Positions 13,836 through 28,445 of a stretch of DNA of 64,000 nt are shown in pieces (within the stretch, counting starts at the first letter, position 1; every line of letters begins with the position of its first letter). The stretch covers positions 113,336,001-113,400,000 of the forward strand of contig OX597819.1 of assembly GCA_951406725.2 (NCBI GenBank). The letters are read 5' to 3'. Position numbers and translations under genes: made by a program. A model generated the notes under the pieces. The model was not told the DNA's origin, did no database searches, and saw only the letters and a list, made by a program, of their open reading frames with translations. Source of the DNA: Octopus vulgaris. Lineage: Eukaryota.

Positions 13836-15655
13836 ATTAACTGCGAGTATTTTTAATTAGCTCGCTTGACATTCAATAGGATTTTCAGATCATAACTTGA
13901 CTAATTTTTAAATGTAAAATGGTTGTTCTAATAACTGAGATTATGTCTGAGATATCTATTCTAAACGTTAATTAACCCAAAAGAGCTTCTCCGGTCACTC
14001 CTCAGGGAAACGTTGGCATTTCTCGACGGATTCTGTTGACTGCAACAACTGATTTACATCCCTTAAACACACATATAACTATTCTCTTAGTTTTCCAAAC
14101 GACACCAAGCGGTGACTAACTTTAGACCACTCTGACTCATGTTCATTCTAATTGAAAGTCTTCACAGAATCTAGTTATATCGTTTCTACATTTGACCAGC
14201 TGATGATATTTACTGATGATGCAGTAGCAGTAGCTGTGCAAAGCAGTCTCTACACAAATGGAAACCATGCTGAATAGCACTTAGCAAGTGATCAGAACCT
14301 TATCTGTTTACCACTGATAATTACTTGCACAGCCTTGCTGATATATAGAGTCAGAGAGATAAGACTGTAATGTATGATATCTGCACTGCTTTTCCCCTTA
14401 TGAATAAGACGAACGTCTTTTCTTCATTTTTTGTATTTTTTTGACACTTCAAATGAAATTTTTGGAAATATAATTCAACGGAATTTGGCTAAGTTTTTAG
14501 AACTGTTCAGAAATATGAGGGTCTGTTGTGAGTTCAAGTTCATTCTATTTAAAGTAGGTAACATATCATCTTTTATGTGACATTAATTCCGATAGTTTGG
14601 CTAAGAGTTCAAGGATCTAGTTTATTTCATTTGCAAAATATGAATTTATTAAAAGGAAGTAAAAAAATCTGAAAATCGGCTATAATAATGTAGCCTTCCA
14701 GTCTCATTGCTTTGAAGATAAGATGTTCTGGGGGGAAAAAATAGAGAAAAAAAAGTTACAGAAGTTTAAAAATCGAAAAAAAAAAAACTGTTTATTTTTA
14801 GCCAATCGCAAGACAATAATTTTCTGCGTTTAGCGGAGCGGTGTCAACTTCAAGGTTGTATCCTGTGGAATTTATAGTTTAGAGTCTGACCTGTTCATTG
14901 CAGGTTTTTAAATAAACAGAAATACCTAATAAAATCAACATGTATCATCTTACTGTTTCTTGTTTCTTCATTGATTGCATGGTTTTGTTATTTATTTTAA
15001 TTTGTTATATTAATATATTTGCCTGCATGAGTTTATTTTATGCGTATTTCAGCATTATGTATACCTGTCATGTATTTGTGTATATTATTAATATATAAGT
15101 GTATGTATGTATTCATATATAATTTTATATGTACATTTATGCATTCTTGTGTGTGTGGTGTGTAACGTTTTGAGTAACGTTTTCATGCTTGTATTTGTAA
15201 ACTACGATAAGAATAACACTGGTCAACAAAGAATTTGTCCCAAGGAAAAGAATACCTGTATCTTAAACGCTTTTGCATGCAGAATTCAAAAATAATATCA
15301 AATTATCTGTATCACCCACTGTTTCTCTGTTCCACGATATCCTTCTCATTTCCTGTTACGTGGGTTAAATTTTAGTTAAGCTGCTGAAATGTGAAGCTAA
15401 CGGTTTAACATTTTTGTGAACAGAATTAACCTAGTGAAATCATAAATCCAGCTGAGTCCAATGAGTCCCAAAAATATATGAAATGAAAAATATGTAAAAA
15501 TATTAACACGCAGGAAAAAAAGTACAGAAAAATATGTAATAAACTAACACACAGAAAAATTAAAAGAAAACACGCGGGTGAAAAGAATCTGGTGGTGTGA
15601 AGAATCAAGTATGAAAAATCAACATAGACAACAGTAAACCATAACACAGCATTCG

Positions 15656-15701
15656 GTTGTCATGGTAACATGCTGCTAATGCCACGCTGTCTGTTAATTG
15701 G
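15656..15701. promoter_or_regulatory. Candidate RFX X-box plus CCAAT box
   Basis: GTTGTCATGGTAAC (15656-15669) matches the RFX palindrome GTTNCCATGGNAAC at all but one fixed position; ATTGG at 15697-15701; lies in a repeat-poor stretch. Confidence 0.35.
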
Positions 15702-17110
15702 CTAAAATTTCCCAAATTTCCCAACTTCAATTCGAAATAACATCAGATTCTTTAATTTACGAGATAAAGTAATTGGGTGATCGTAATAAAAATTCAGAGT
15801 TGAGTTGCATCGATTCACCAAAATTGAAAGCAATCTGAGCAAAATTAAGAGGGGACTCATTTTGCGAATGAGGAAGACAAGATCCGAGTTCAAATTTCTC
15901 CAAAGCTAACTTTACTTTTCGTCCCTTCGGCTTCGACCAAATAAAGTACCAATCAAGTAAAAGAGTCAATGTAATCGACTTGCCCCTTCCCGTTCGAGGG
16001 TAATATTCTGATCTCGATCCCTTGTTCACAATGAAAACCGTATAACCGGTTGGTCTTGTGTATCCTAGAGCTCGAGGAAAAGAATAACGGTTACTACTCC
16101 TTGTGCAAGTGAATAGTATTAAAGAACACTATATGCTTCTCTTTTAACTGGTATTTGTGAGCGCTAATATGGCTTTACAGCTACATGAATCGCGATTCAA
16201 TTCCGCTACGTGACACGTTAAACATGTGTCTTTTATCATAACCGAGAATCGACTAAAGACTTATAAGGGAAATTTAATAATCAGAAATTGCACATGTTCT
16301 TGAGTGGCAGACTCCATCTGTTGCCTGATTTAAACCTAACCACGTGGTTCCCGAGTACTTTAGTGGAGTCTACTGATCTGCAAGCTTCCGGAGCAGATAT
16401 CAAGTTTGAGGACCAGTAGAGGAGGAATGGGTGGAAAAGATTCTTCTCCGACTAATTCAAGTTAAAGATATATTTTTAATGGTGTGCCTACAACAGTTTA
16501 GAAATGGCTTTTGTATGGAGACAATTGTGGACCAGTTACGTTTCTTTACAGTTTTTTTTTTTCTTTTATTAATTTCCGGTAGGCCAAAGGCAGCAAACCG
16601 TCAGATTCGTTACCGCGCCGGACAAAATTCCTAGCGGCATTTTCTCCGGCTCTTTACTTTATGAGCTCAAGCTCTAATCAAGTCAACTTTGCATTTTATC
16701 TTTCAAACTTGACAATAGGAGTATCAGTTGACCATTGGGGTCCAATCCTCTCAAAATTGGTGACCTTCTGCCAAATTTAGAAAGAATTTCCTCTGAGCTT
16801 CGTGATAATTTAGTGTGTGTGTGCGTGTGTTTGAGTGTATGCGTGTGTCTACCACCCGTTTGACAAACGGTGCTTGTGTACGTCACAGTAACTAAACGGT
16901 TCGGCAAAAGAAACTGATAGAATAAGTACCTGGCTTTAAAACATAAATTCTGCTGTCGATTCATTCGACTAAAAATTTTGAAGGTAGTGCCCCAACATGG
17001 CCGCAAGTAAAAGATACATACATCCATACACACACATGAATATATACACATGCATGCATACATACATACATACATACATACATACATACATACATACATA
17101 CATACATACA

Positions 17111-17146
<36 letters not shown>

Positions 17147-17157
17147 TATACATACAT

Positions 17158-17256
<99 letters not shown>

Positions 17257-17347
17257 GTCATCTCATAAATAATGCGGTTTTTTCAACTGCATGAACTAAA
17301 AGTCAGAGGGAGACGGCAAAGGCTACGTGCATCAACTTCCTATAAAA

Positions 17348-17858
17348 GTTCCGGGTTCAGTCCCACTGCGTGGCAACTTGCGTAACTGTCTTCTACTATT
17401 GTCTCGGGCTGACCAAAGCCTTGTGAGTGGATTTGGTAGACGGAAACTGAAAGAAGCCCGTCGTATATATACATATGTGTGTGTATAAGTGTGTGTGTGT
17501 GTGTGTTTGCCTCCTCACCATCACTTGACAACCGATGCTAGTGTGCTTATGTCCCCGTAACTTAGTGGTTCGGCAAGAGACCGATAGAATAAGTACCAGG
17601 CTTACAAAGAATAAGTCCTGGAGTCGATTTGTTCGACTAAAAGGCGGTGCTCCAGCATGGCCGCAGTCAAATGACTGAAACAAGTAAAAGAATATGTATC
17701 TTTTATACAGTTTCTGTCTATCAGATTCACTGAAAAGGAATTAGTCGATCCGGGGCTATTGTAGAAGACACTTGCCTAAGATGCCGCACAGTGGAACCGA
17801 ACCTAAATCCATGCGGTTGCAAAGCAAGCTTCTTAACAACAACACCACGCCTGCCTCT
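17348..17858. mobile_element. SINE family A (+, 17348-17691) followed by an inverted 5' half (-, 17705-17858)
   Basis: Family A motifs in both orientations. Confidence 0.85.
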
Positions 17859-18152
17859 ATATATACACTTATATATACATACTCATACAACAAGGAGAAG
17901 GCGGTGAAAGATCTCTTTTCCACTTGACCGTTTCAGATTAAAAAGAAGTAAAAAAAAAAAAAACTATGCATTTCTAAAATGTCTTGCCTCGAGGGAAATT
18001 TAACCTCTGACTTCTGACCTCTGACCTCTAACAGCTGACCTAATTGAAAACATTAATATCATCAGAGTTGTTAAATATTTGGCAATTTTTCCTGCGCTTT
18101 GCTTCATTAATCAAATCTAAAAGATTAAAAATGTTCGCGCGCGCGTCTGTAC

Positions 18153-18210
<58 letters not shown>

Positions 18211-18381
18211 TTGTTTGCTAGCAATTGTGTATGTGTGTGTGAATGTGTGAGTGTGCCTGTGTGTGTGTCTGCATGTATGTGTAAGCTTGTGCGTGCGTGT
18301 GTGTGTATGTGTGTGCGTGCGAACGTATTGCACATATATGAGGGCATGTGTAAGGTTGTGTGTATATATATATGTTTTGAT

Positions 18382-18449
<68 letters not shown>

Positions 18450-18468
18450 GTGTGTGTGTGTGTGCATG

Positions 18469-18501
<33 letters not shown>

Positions 18502-18971
18502 AAACATATACATACTCCTATGCACATCCTAACACATAGCGTGTATGTATGTGTGTATCTGCGTAAGAATGTGCAGACGTACTTTAGTGTATGAGTACGT
18601 ACAAATGTATCGTCGAACATGTACATGTATATAAGAGATGTATGTTTATTGATGTGTTTATCTGAGGTTGCGGCCGTGGATATCTGTATTCGTAATGTTT
18701 GTATGCGTATATAAATCTACGTACGTGTATGAATACGTATGAATGTGTTTGCGTGCGTTAGAGGCGCATGAGTATGAGCAGAGGCTTGCAGAGTCGTTAA
18801 GGAGTCTGCTTCGCAATCACGAGATCTTAGGTTCGATCCCGTAACGTGGCATCCTGGACAAGCTTTGGAGAGAAATTGAATGGGAAAAGAGGTTCTGGTT
18901 GTGTTTGATAGAATGTTGTCAGAGGAAGATAATCGGATGTTAGGTATTACTCGTATGTATACATAATTATT

Positions 18972-19002
<31 letters not shown>

Positions 19003-19299
19003 TACACACACATAGACACATAAAGACACACAAACATATATATATATGTAGTGTACATAAATTTTACCTCGCTAAAATTAGCTCAATCGAAATGAATTAT
19101 CTTCATATGAAGCACTCAATACAAAACAAGTGTTACGCTTCATGTTTTTTAGTTAAAAAAAGTTGCACCACGTCCGTTTCTATCTCTGGTCATCCACAAA
19201 AGATCGAAAGGATTGTAATGTGTGTGTGCACGCTCGTGTGTATGTGTGTGTGTTTAAATATATGTATGTATTCAACATGACATTACTCATTGAAGATAT

Positions 19300-19589
19300 C
19301 ACCGTGATTACCGTGACCGACCAGGCTATCAGATGTTGCTACACATCGCTGGTCACAATGCGCTTCGCATTGTTTTAACCTTCAAATGACGCCACCCCGC
19401 TGGCTAAGCGAGCAGGCCAACAGAAGAAAGAGTGAAAGAAAGTTGTGGCGAAAGAGTACAGCAGGGATCGCCACCCTTGTGGAGATTTAGGTGTTTTCGC
19501 TCAATAAACACTCACAACGCCCGATCTGGGAATCGAAACCGCGATCCTACGACCGCGAGCTCGCTGCCCTAACCACTTTGCGCCTCCAC
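19300..19589 (-). mobile_element. tRNA-derived SINE, family C, with 12-bp TSD
   Basis: Direct repeat cattgaagatat at 19288-19299 and 19590-19601; head gtggttagggcagcg...ggtttcgattccc. Confidence 0.9.
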
Positions 19590-19609
19590 CATTGAAGATA
19601 TACACACAT

Positions 19610-20110
19610 ACAAAGGTTGGCTGGAAAGTTCATCACTTGGAATGTAACCAAATGAGGTTTATTTTTTTAAATAGTCCCCCTTGCAATCCACACATTTCTT
19701 CCATCAGTGTTGCAGTGTCTGGGTCCCATTGGTGAAGAAGCTTTCATCCTTGTTGATCAAAAAAGTCATCAACAGCAGATTTTTTCCATATTGGCGAACA
19801 GATGATAGTCAAAAGGAGAATAGGGAGTCTGATCAACCAGCTGAAAACCACAGTCATGCACAGCAGCCATTGAAACCAAGGTCTTGTATGCTGGAGCATT
19901 GTCATGATGAAACAAGAACTCTTTCGTCAGTTTTCCTGGTGGGGGGATCAGGTCTTGATACCCTTTCGTAAAATGCCTCAGCAAGTTGGTATGCCATTCT
20001 CCATTGATGATGTGGCCCTTTTAAAGATAGTCTATAAGCAAAACGAATGAGGCCGCCGCTTTCCCAACAAATGAAACGACCTTGGCCTTCCTTGGAGCAG
20101 GTGAGGAGGG
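19610..20110 (-). mobile_element. Mariner transposase remnant
   Basis: FHHDNAPAYK...PYSPFDYHLFANMEK matches mariner HDNAxxH and YSPDLAPSDYHLF motifs; TIR-like end at about 19610. Confidence 0.85.
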
Positions 20111-20159
20111 AATTTGATCTCAGAACATAAAGACAGACAAGATAATGTATATATATATA

Positions 20160-20389
20160 TTTCTCTATTACCCACAAGGGGCTAAACATAGAGGGGACAA
20201 ACAAGGACAGACAAACGGATTAAGCCGATTACATCGACCCCAGTGCGAAACTGGTACTTTATTTATCGACCCCGGAAAGATGAAAGGCAAAGTGGACCTC
20301 GGCGGAATTTGAACTCAGAACGTAACGACAGACGAAATACCACAAAGCATTTCGCCCGGCGTGCTAACGTTTCTGCCTGCTCGCCGCCT
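20160..20389 (-). mobile_element. SINE family B, full
   Basis: Head ggcggcgagcaggcagaaacgttagcacgccgggcgaaatgc on the minus strand. Confidence 0.9.
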
Positions 20390-20993
20390 TTTAATGTATA
20401 TATATATATATATTCGTGTGCCTGTATATAATGTATATATATATATATATTCGTGTGCCTGAGTGTGCTGCATGAATGTGTATGAGTACGCATGCACGAG
20501 TGCGTGTACGCGTGCGCGTGCGTGTTTGAAAGAGAGAGAAAGAATGTGCAGATGTATATTAGTGCTTAAGCACGTACAAATGTATGTCTCAAAAACAAAG
20601 GATGGTTATGGTTGGAGTGCTTTTGATCATAAGAGGTTAATCAGAGCTGACCTGGGGCTAAATAAAAGCCAGATCATCGTCAGCAGCACCACAGCCACCA
20701 CCACCACCACCACCATCATCACCACCACTACCACCACTACTACTACTGCTGTCGCCGTCACCATTGCTATTATCAAGTTCTTTCAACATGGTTAAAGACT
20801 AAACGAAAAAAAGAGGAAAGAAAGAAAGACAGAAAAAGGTACCAAAAACTGAATGAAGGCAGGAGAAACAAAAAAGTTAATGGAATCGTGAGGTAATGCC
20901 ATGTGGCAGCTGTCTAAATGTAGAGACATCAACAGTTACTTGTGTGTGTGTGGCAGACAGCAGGGACTTTCATTGTTTGAAAAGCTCTTTCTT

Positions 20994-21055
<62 letters not shown>

Positions 21056-21206
21056 GACTTATTTGCTACACCCGTACGAAAGAGGTGGGGAACAGGGATA
21101 TATATGTGTGTATATATGTGCGTATGTGTGCGTATTTGTGTGTATGTACATAGGTATGTATGTAGATATGTAGGTATGTATATGTGGGTTTGTATGTGTT
21201 TCTGTG

Positions 21207-21209
<3 letters not shown>

Positions 21210-21274
<65 letters not shown>

Positions 21275-21349
21275 GTATGTATATATGCATGTATGTATAT
21301 ATATATATATATATACACAAACAGATATATATATATACATATGTATGTA

Positions 21350-21429
<80 letters not shown>

Positions 21430-21435
21430 TGTGTG

Positions 21436-21532
<97 letters not shown>

Positions 21533-21599
21533 ATGTATATATGCATGTATGTATATATATATATATATACACAAACAGATATATATATATACATATGTA

Positions 21600-21683
<84 letters not shown>

Positions 21684-21695
21684 TATATTTGTATA

Positions 21696-21764
<69 letters not shown>

Positions 21765-21765
21765 G
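21210..21765. repeat. Compound (TA)n/(TG)n tract containing a ~254-bp tandem duplication
   Basis: Landmark acacaaacagatat recurs at 21315 and 21569 with the same context. Confidence 0.85.
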
Positions 21766-22183
21766 CAAAAACGTACACATCATCGTGTGTGCGTGCACAC
21801 ATTACAATGTAATTACATACGCACACGTGTGGCATAAGTACTTGCAAGCAAACATATATATACTAACAAAGTTACAAACACACATACACATATACACACG
21901 CACATTCATATATTTAATTGTTTATAAAAACAATTGCATTTAGTCAATTGTTTCATTTAGTTAATAGTTTTGCAAAAATCTTAACTCTCGCCCCGCCATT
22001 GTTCACCGTATTGGATGGAATGAAGTTTGTTGGCTTTTCTGTCTTCCTTTAGCCTCAACTCTTCTTTCTTTTCTCTGTGTTTGTGTTTGTGTATGTATGT
22101 ACATATTAGCAAATATATATGTATGCATGTATGTTTGTATATATGTATGTTTGCATGTTTGTATATGTGTATATGTGCATGTG

Positions 22184-22231
<48 letters not shown>

Positions 22232-22270
22232 AGAAAGAGAGAGAGTGTGTGTGAGTGTATATATGTGTGA

Positions 22271-22315
<45 letters not shown>

Positions 22316-22692
22316 AAATTCCATCAGATTCTTTGATTCTCTTTCACACTTTCTCTCTCTTTCTCTCTCTCTCTCTCTTGCTCTCTCTCTCTCTCTCTCT
22401 CTCTTTCGATCTCTCTCTCTCTCTCTTTCGATCTCTCCCTCTCGCTCTTTCTCTATTTTTGTTTCTTGATTGCTTTATTTCTTGATTGCTTAAATAAAAT
22501 TGAAAAGGAAATGAAAAAACAAAACTGCGAGAGAAGAAGCCTTTAAGACAAATAAATTTTGTTTGTAAGAATGGTTGTTCAAAAAATAAATTATTCAACG
22601 AAACATTTTAATGTAAAATAAATGTAGATTAGAGAGACAAACTAAGATAAAAAAGAAAGAGAAAGACACTCTTTAGATATATACATAGATAT

Positions 22693-23008
22693 TACTGTGA
22701 TCAACGTGACCGACCAGGCTATCAGATGTTGCTACACATCGCTGGTCACAATGCGCTTCGCATTGTTTTAGCCTTTGGATGACACCATCCCGCTGGCTAA
22801 GCGAGCAGGCCGACAGAAGAAAGAGTCAAAGAAAGTTGTGGCGAGGCGAAAGAGTATAGCAGGAATCGCCACCACCCCCTGCCGGAGCCTCGTGGAGCTT
22901 TTAGGTGTTTTCGCTCAATAAACACTCGCAACGCCCGGTCTGGGAATCGAAACCGCGATCCTACAACTGCGAGTCCGCCTCCCTAACCACTGGGCCATTG
23001 CACCTCCA
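22693..23008 (-). mobile_element. SINE family C
   Basis: Homologous to 19300-19589. Confidence 0.9.
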
Positions 23009-23647
23009 CGCCGGACGAAATGCTTGGCGATGTTTCGTTTGCCGCTACGTTCTGAGTTCAAATTCCGCCGAGGTCGACTTTGCCTTTCATCCTTTCGGGG
23101 TCGATTAAATAAGTACCGGTTACGCACTGGAGTCGATATAATCGACTTAATCCGTTTGTCTGTCCTTGTTTGTCCCCTCTATGTTTAGCCCCTTGTGGGT
23201 AGTAAAGAAATAGGTATTTCATCTGTCTTTATGTTCTGAGTTCAAATTCCGCTGAGGTCGACTTTGCCTTTCATCCTTTCAGCTTCCATAAATTAAGCAC
23301 CATTGAATCCATAAATTAAGCACCATTTGAATCCAGAACGTACAGACGGACAAAATGCCGCCGAGCATTTTGTTCGGCGTGCTAACGATTCTGCTAGATC
23401 GTCACCTTGAGGATAATAATAATGATACTTCTTTCTACTATAGGCACAAAACCTGAATTTAGAGTGTTGGGAAAGGGGACTAGTCGATTATATCGATCCC
23501 AGGTTTCACTGGTACTTAATTTATCAGCCCCCGAAAGGATGAAAGGCAAACTCGACCTTGGCGGAATTTGAACTCAGAACGTAGCGACGGGCATAGTACC
23601 GCTAAGCATCTCGTCCAGCGTGCTAACGATTCTGCCAGTTCACCACC

Positions 23648-23648
<1 letters not shown>
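23006..23648. mobile_element. SINE family B cluster (+ 23006-23281; - 23330-23410 and 23430-23648)
   Basis: Family B motifs in both orientations. Confidence 0.85.
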
Positions 23649-24635
<987 letters not shown>

Positions 24636-25693
24636 AATAATAATAATAATAATGATAATGATGATGATGATGATGATGATAAATAGTAATAACTGTTGTA
24701 AAGACCAATGTATTGTACAGTTCATCAAGAACATGTGTAACAAGGCCCAGTCAAAGTAAAAAAATGTTTTGATAGGAGGGTCACAATGTGTATTACAATT
24801 ATATTTAAGAGATAGATTGGTTTAATTATGGAAAGAAAAATCTGCGCAGGCAAGAAGTTTGCTTTGCAATTACGTAGTTTCGGTTTTACTACGCAGTACT
24901 TTGAATAAATGTCATCTACTATAATTCCAGGCAGACCCATTTTATGTGAGTGAATTCAATAGACGAAAACTTGGTAGAAGACCGTTGCTTGGTGTTTGAG
25001 TCTGCACTAAACTCCTAAAATAAATCTTTCAATAAAGAACACAAGGATATAAGATTTTTCTGCTATGCATAAGTTGCATTTCTTACATCCAAGAATTCTA
25101 CCACACTGCTTAATTCCAGATCTGAAATTTTTAGCAAGTGTAAACATGTAGATAGGTTTCTTTTGTCGAAGTGGAGTACACCACCAGCTCCGAGTTGAAT
25201 TGCTGTTTCACAGACTTTGGAACATTTTCTATTGTATTGTTGTGCACCAACTGCATTAATCATGGTTTCTGCAATCAGGGATGACAGGGATCTTGATTTT
25301 CTTGCTTTCGTTTCTTTCCTGCCTTTCCATTTTTAGCATCAACATTCTTTGTGGGTTTTTTCTTTTCGTTTTTTTTTTATTATTTTCTTACTACCCATCA
25401 TCCTGGTTTTTAAAATATATCTAACGCATAAACGGACATTGAAAGATTGGTTGGAAATACATGGCGTGTTTTATAAATCTGCATATTTAAATTATCGTAA
25501 AAGTAAGAAACTATAAGCAACTCTTTCGTAATGCATATTAAATTGATATTTATTTCTCACTGAATGGAGTACATTTTTTAAAAATTCTATTTGACACTCG
25601 TTGACGCTACATCGAAGAGGCCAGGGAACAGAAGAAAGAAGACATGCACCCAACACCAGAGCTGAAGACACCTCCAAAAGGTGGGGCCCCGTC

Positions 25694-25819
25694 ACGTCAA
25701 AACGGTAGAGGGGTAGAGGCCGAAACCGGACGTGGTTCCTCCTGATGATGTCTTGAGCTAACTGGATCCTATAAAGGAACTGTTATGGTAGCAGACCACG
25801 AAACACGATTGAAATTCCT
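25694..25819 (+). repeat. ~125-bp dispersed repeat, copy 2, with hammerhead core motifs
   Basis: Near-identical to 1972-2097; CTGATGA 25742-25748, GAAAC 25800-25804. Confidence 0.8.
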
Positions 25820-25947
25820 CCCCTTCCTCCTATTGGATCTACGATATGTGTGTGTGTATGTGTGTCTGTCTGTCTGTCTGTCTATCTGTCTGTCTGTGTC
25901 TGTGTGTGTGTATGCATGCATATAGATATTTATACATACGTGCATAC

Positions 25948-26066
<119 letters not shown>

Positions 26067-26078
26067 TACACATACACA

Positions 26079-26284
26079 CAGAGTGGCCCAAAAGTAGGTT
26101 TACAGTTATCACGTAGGCACTTTAAACTTCTTTTAAAACATTTTATTACATTTAGATTTCTATCTTACAATTAACTAAATTAGCATAGAATAATGGTTTC
26201 ATATATTTTTATAATTAAGATCTAAACTGTTAATATATGATTCCGAAAGAGATAGTTGAATAACTGTAAACCTACTTTTGGGCC

Positions 26285-26290
<6 letters not shown>
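26079..26290. mobile_element. Tc1/mariner MITE, copy 2
   Basis: TIRs cagagtggcccaaaagtaggtttacagtt / aactgtaaacctacttttgggccaccct. Confidence 0.85.
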
Positions 26291-26325
<35 letters not shown>

Positions 26326-26455
26326 GCACACACACATACATACACATATATAATTTACTGTTTCGTTAGTGATATCAACAAAAAAGTTTCCCATCCAGTG
26401 AGAGATAAATATCATTTAATATACATAATAGTTAAATCCGAGCTACTATTAATTC

Positions 26456-26539
26456 CATGCTGTGAAAACACTATAAGATTGTTTGGACCCACACGACATG
26501 TTATATAAGCTTGTCAGATTATAGTGTTTTCACAGCATG
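26456..26539. repeat. Perfect 21-bp inverted repeat with 42-nt spacer
   Basis: catgctgtgaaaacactataa / ttatagtgttttcacagcatg. Confidence 0.9.
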
Positions 26540-26565
26540 AAACTAATTGCTAGAACTTGAATACC

Positions 26566-26650
<85 letters not shown>

Positions 26651-26889
26651 CGTGCATAACCTAAAGGCACTGAAAAACAGAAAAGGCTGCAGATCCATAT
26701 GGAACCTTGTTCAAAACCTTGTTCAAAGTCCCGTGAGAGGATATCTATCCCACCATTGACTTGGAAGTCCCACCCTACCACACTACAGAAGACAAAAGGG
26801 CAAAGCAAAATACCCAATGAATAGAAGCAAAACTATCAAGCAACAAGCAAAGCAAGATCTTAGCGAGTGAAAAAACTGGTATAAGATCA

Positions 26890-28385
26890 TGTATCAATAA
26901 CCAGCAGGATCATTTTTGTCAGATCGAAAAATGCTGTCGAACAGATGTCAAGGGCACAACAAGCAGGATTTAGGAAGGATAAGCGTTGCATTGACCATAT
27001 TCTTACACTCTGGATCAGCTTCTAACAATCACAGGAATGACAGGCTCCCCTCGCTTTTTGTTTTATCGAGTTCTAAAAAAAGCTTTCGATTTTGTTGGTA
27101 GGAAGGTGACTTGGGGGTCTACTTCGCCGCTGTGGAATCCCCAATACGCTCATTAATATCTACAAAGATACCCATTGTAAAGTAATATGTAATGGGAGAT
27201 TTTCAAAATAAAAACAGGAATAAAGAATGGATGATTATAATAGACTAATGATCTGCTTGAAGGTGATTCACTAGGTGAAGTTACACTACGTAAACAAAAA
27301 AAGGGCGTAAAATCTAGATGCTGAAGGATCTAGACTTACGGACGACAATTGCCTGATATTTAAGAATGTTGTAGACACACAGAGAAAGACAGTTTGACTA
27401 ACAGATACACCAGTGAAAGCCAGATCGGGGCTTGACGTTGAAAGACAGAGATCATTAAGATTGAAAGCGATGACCTTGGCTTTCTCACGGTAGCAAAAAA
27501 GAAAAAGTCATATGTTGAATGAAGTGATATGTATCTAGAAGGCGAAATATCCAGAACTAGCAGTACAAAACAGAACGAAGCGGTACAAAACAGAATGAAG
27601 CGGTACAAAACAGAACGAAGCGGTACAAAACAGAACGAAGCAGTACAAAACAACGAAGAGGTACAAAACAAAACCAAGCGGTACAAAATAGAACGAAGCG
27701 GTACGAAACAAAACGAAGCGGTACAAAACAGAACAAAGCGGTACAAAACAGAACAAAGCGGTACAAAACAGAACGAAGCGGTACAAAACAGAACGAAGCG
27801 GTACAAAACAGAACGAAGTGGTACAAATCATAACTTGGAAAAGCGATTCAAGCTCCAACGGTTTAAAGCTTGTCTAGAAAACAAAGAATCCTGAAGTGTT
27901 CAGCTGCTAATTTTTAATAGTAACGCCAAATCTGTCTTACTATGTAACGGCAATTAGTGGCGAATGAATATGTTCGCCGCTAATTGCCGTTGTTTTAAGG
28001 TATTTCGGAATGTTCGGAAGACTCCAAACATCCAGAAATATCTTAAACATTAGATATCGGTAAATTTTGAGCCACAAATACCTCTGATGCAGAACCAAGC
28101 AGAAACCTATTTGACTGACAAATAGGAAGATGTAAGTGGAGATGGACTGGCGTTACATTAGAAAAAAACAGAATAATGTTTGGCAAAGCAAGCATTGAAA
28201 TGGAATCCAGAATAGGAAAGGAAAGCAGGAGCCTCGGGGATTACATATGTGAGATCGATAGAGAAGGAATGACAGGTGATATAGATAACATAAAAACAAG
28301 AGAAAAGAAAACATTGGATAACATGCATTGGAAGATTGCTATAAGGAGTTTATGTTCTGCCAGAGATACAAACAGACCATCTTGA
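26890..28385 (+). mobile_element. Decayed RTE-clade LINE (RT domain and C-terminus)
   Basis: Frameshifted peptides AGFRKDKRCIDHI, KAFD, RRCGIP, YLEGEISRT, IFNSNAKSVLL, KWRWTG, QALKWNP, WKIAIRSLCS in RTE order. Confidence 0.75.
27562..27827 (+). repeat. 20-bp minisatellite (gtacaaaacagaacgaagcg), about 13 units
   Basis: Directly visible inside the RTE remnant. Confidence 0.95.
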
Positions 28386-28445
28386 TGATGGCTGTGTGTG
28401 TGTACATACATACATACACATTTACACACATGTATATTCTTATCT

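Noticed and set aside
14195-14280. Hammerhead or C/D snoRNA (two CTGATGA, a hairpin, downstream CTGA)
   Set aside because: No GAAA or stem I in register, no terminal stem, and no recognisable rRNA guide
25063-25350. Minus-strand coding-like segment
   Set aside because: Stops interrupt the plausible frames and no family is recognisable
27562-27827. CRISPR array or repeat-protein gene
   Set aside because: No spacers; the 20-bp unit is not a codon multiple and lies in a dead LINE
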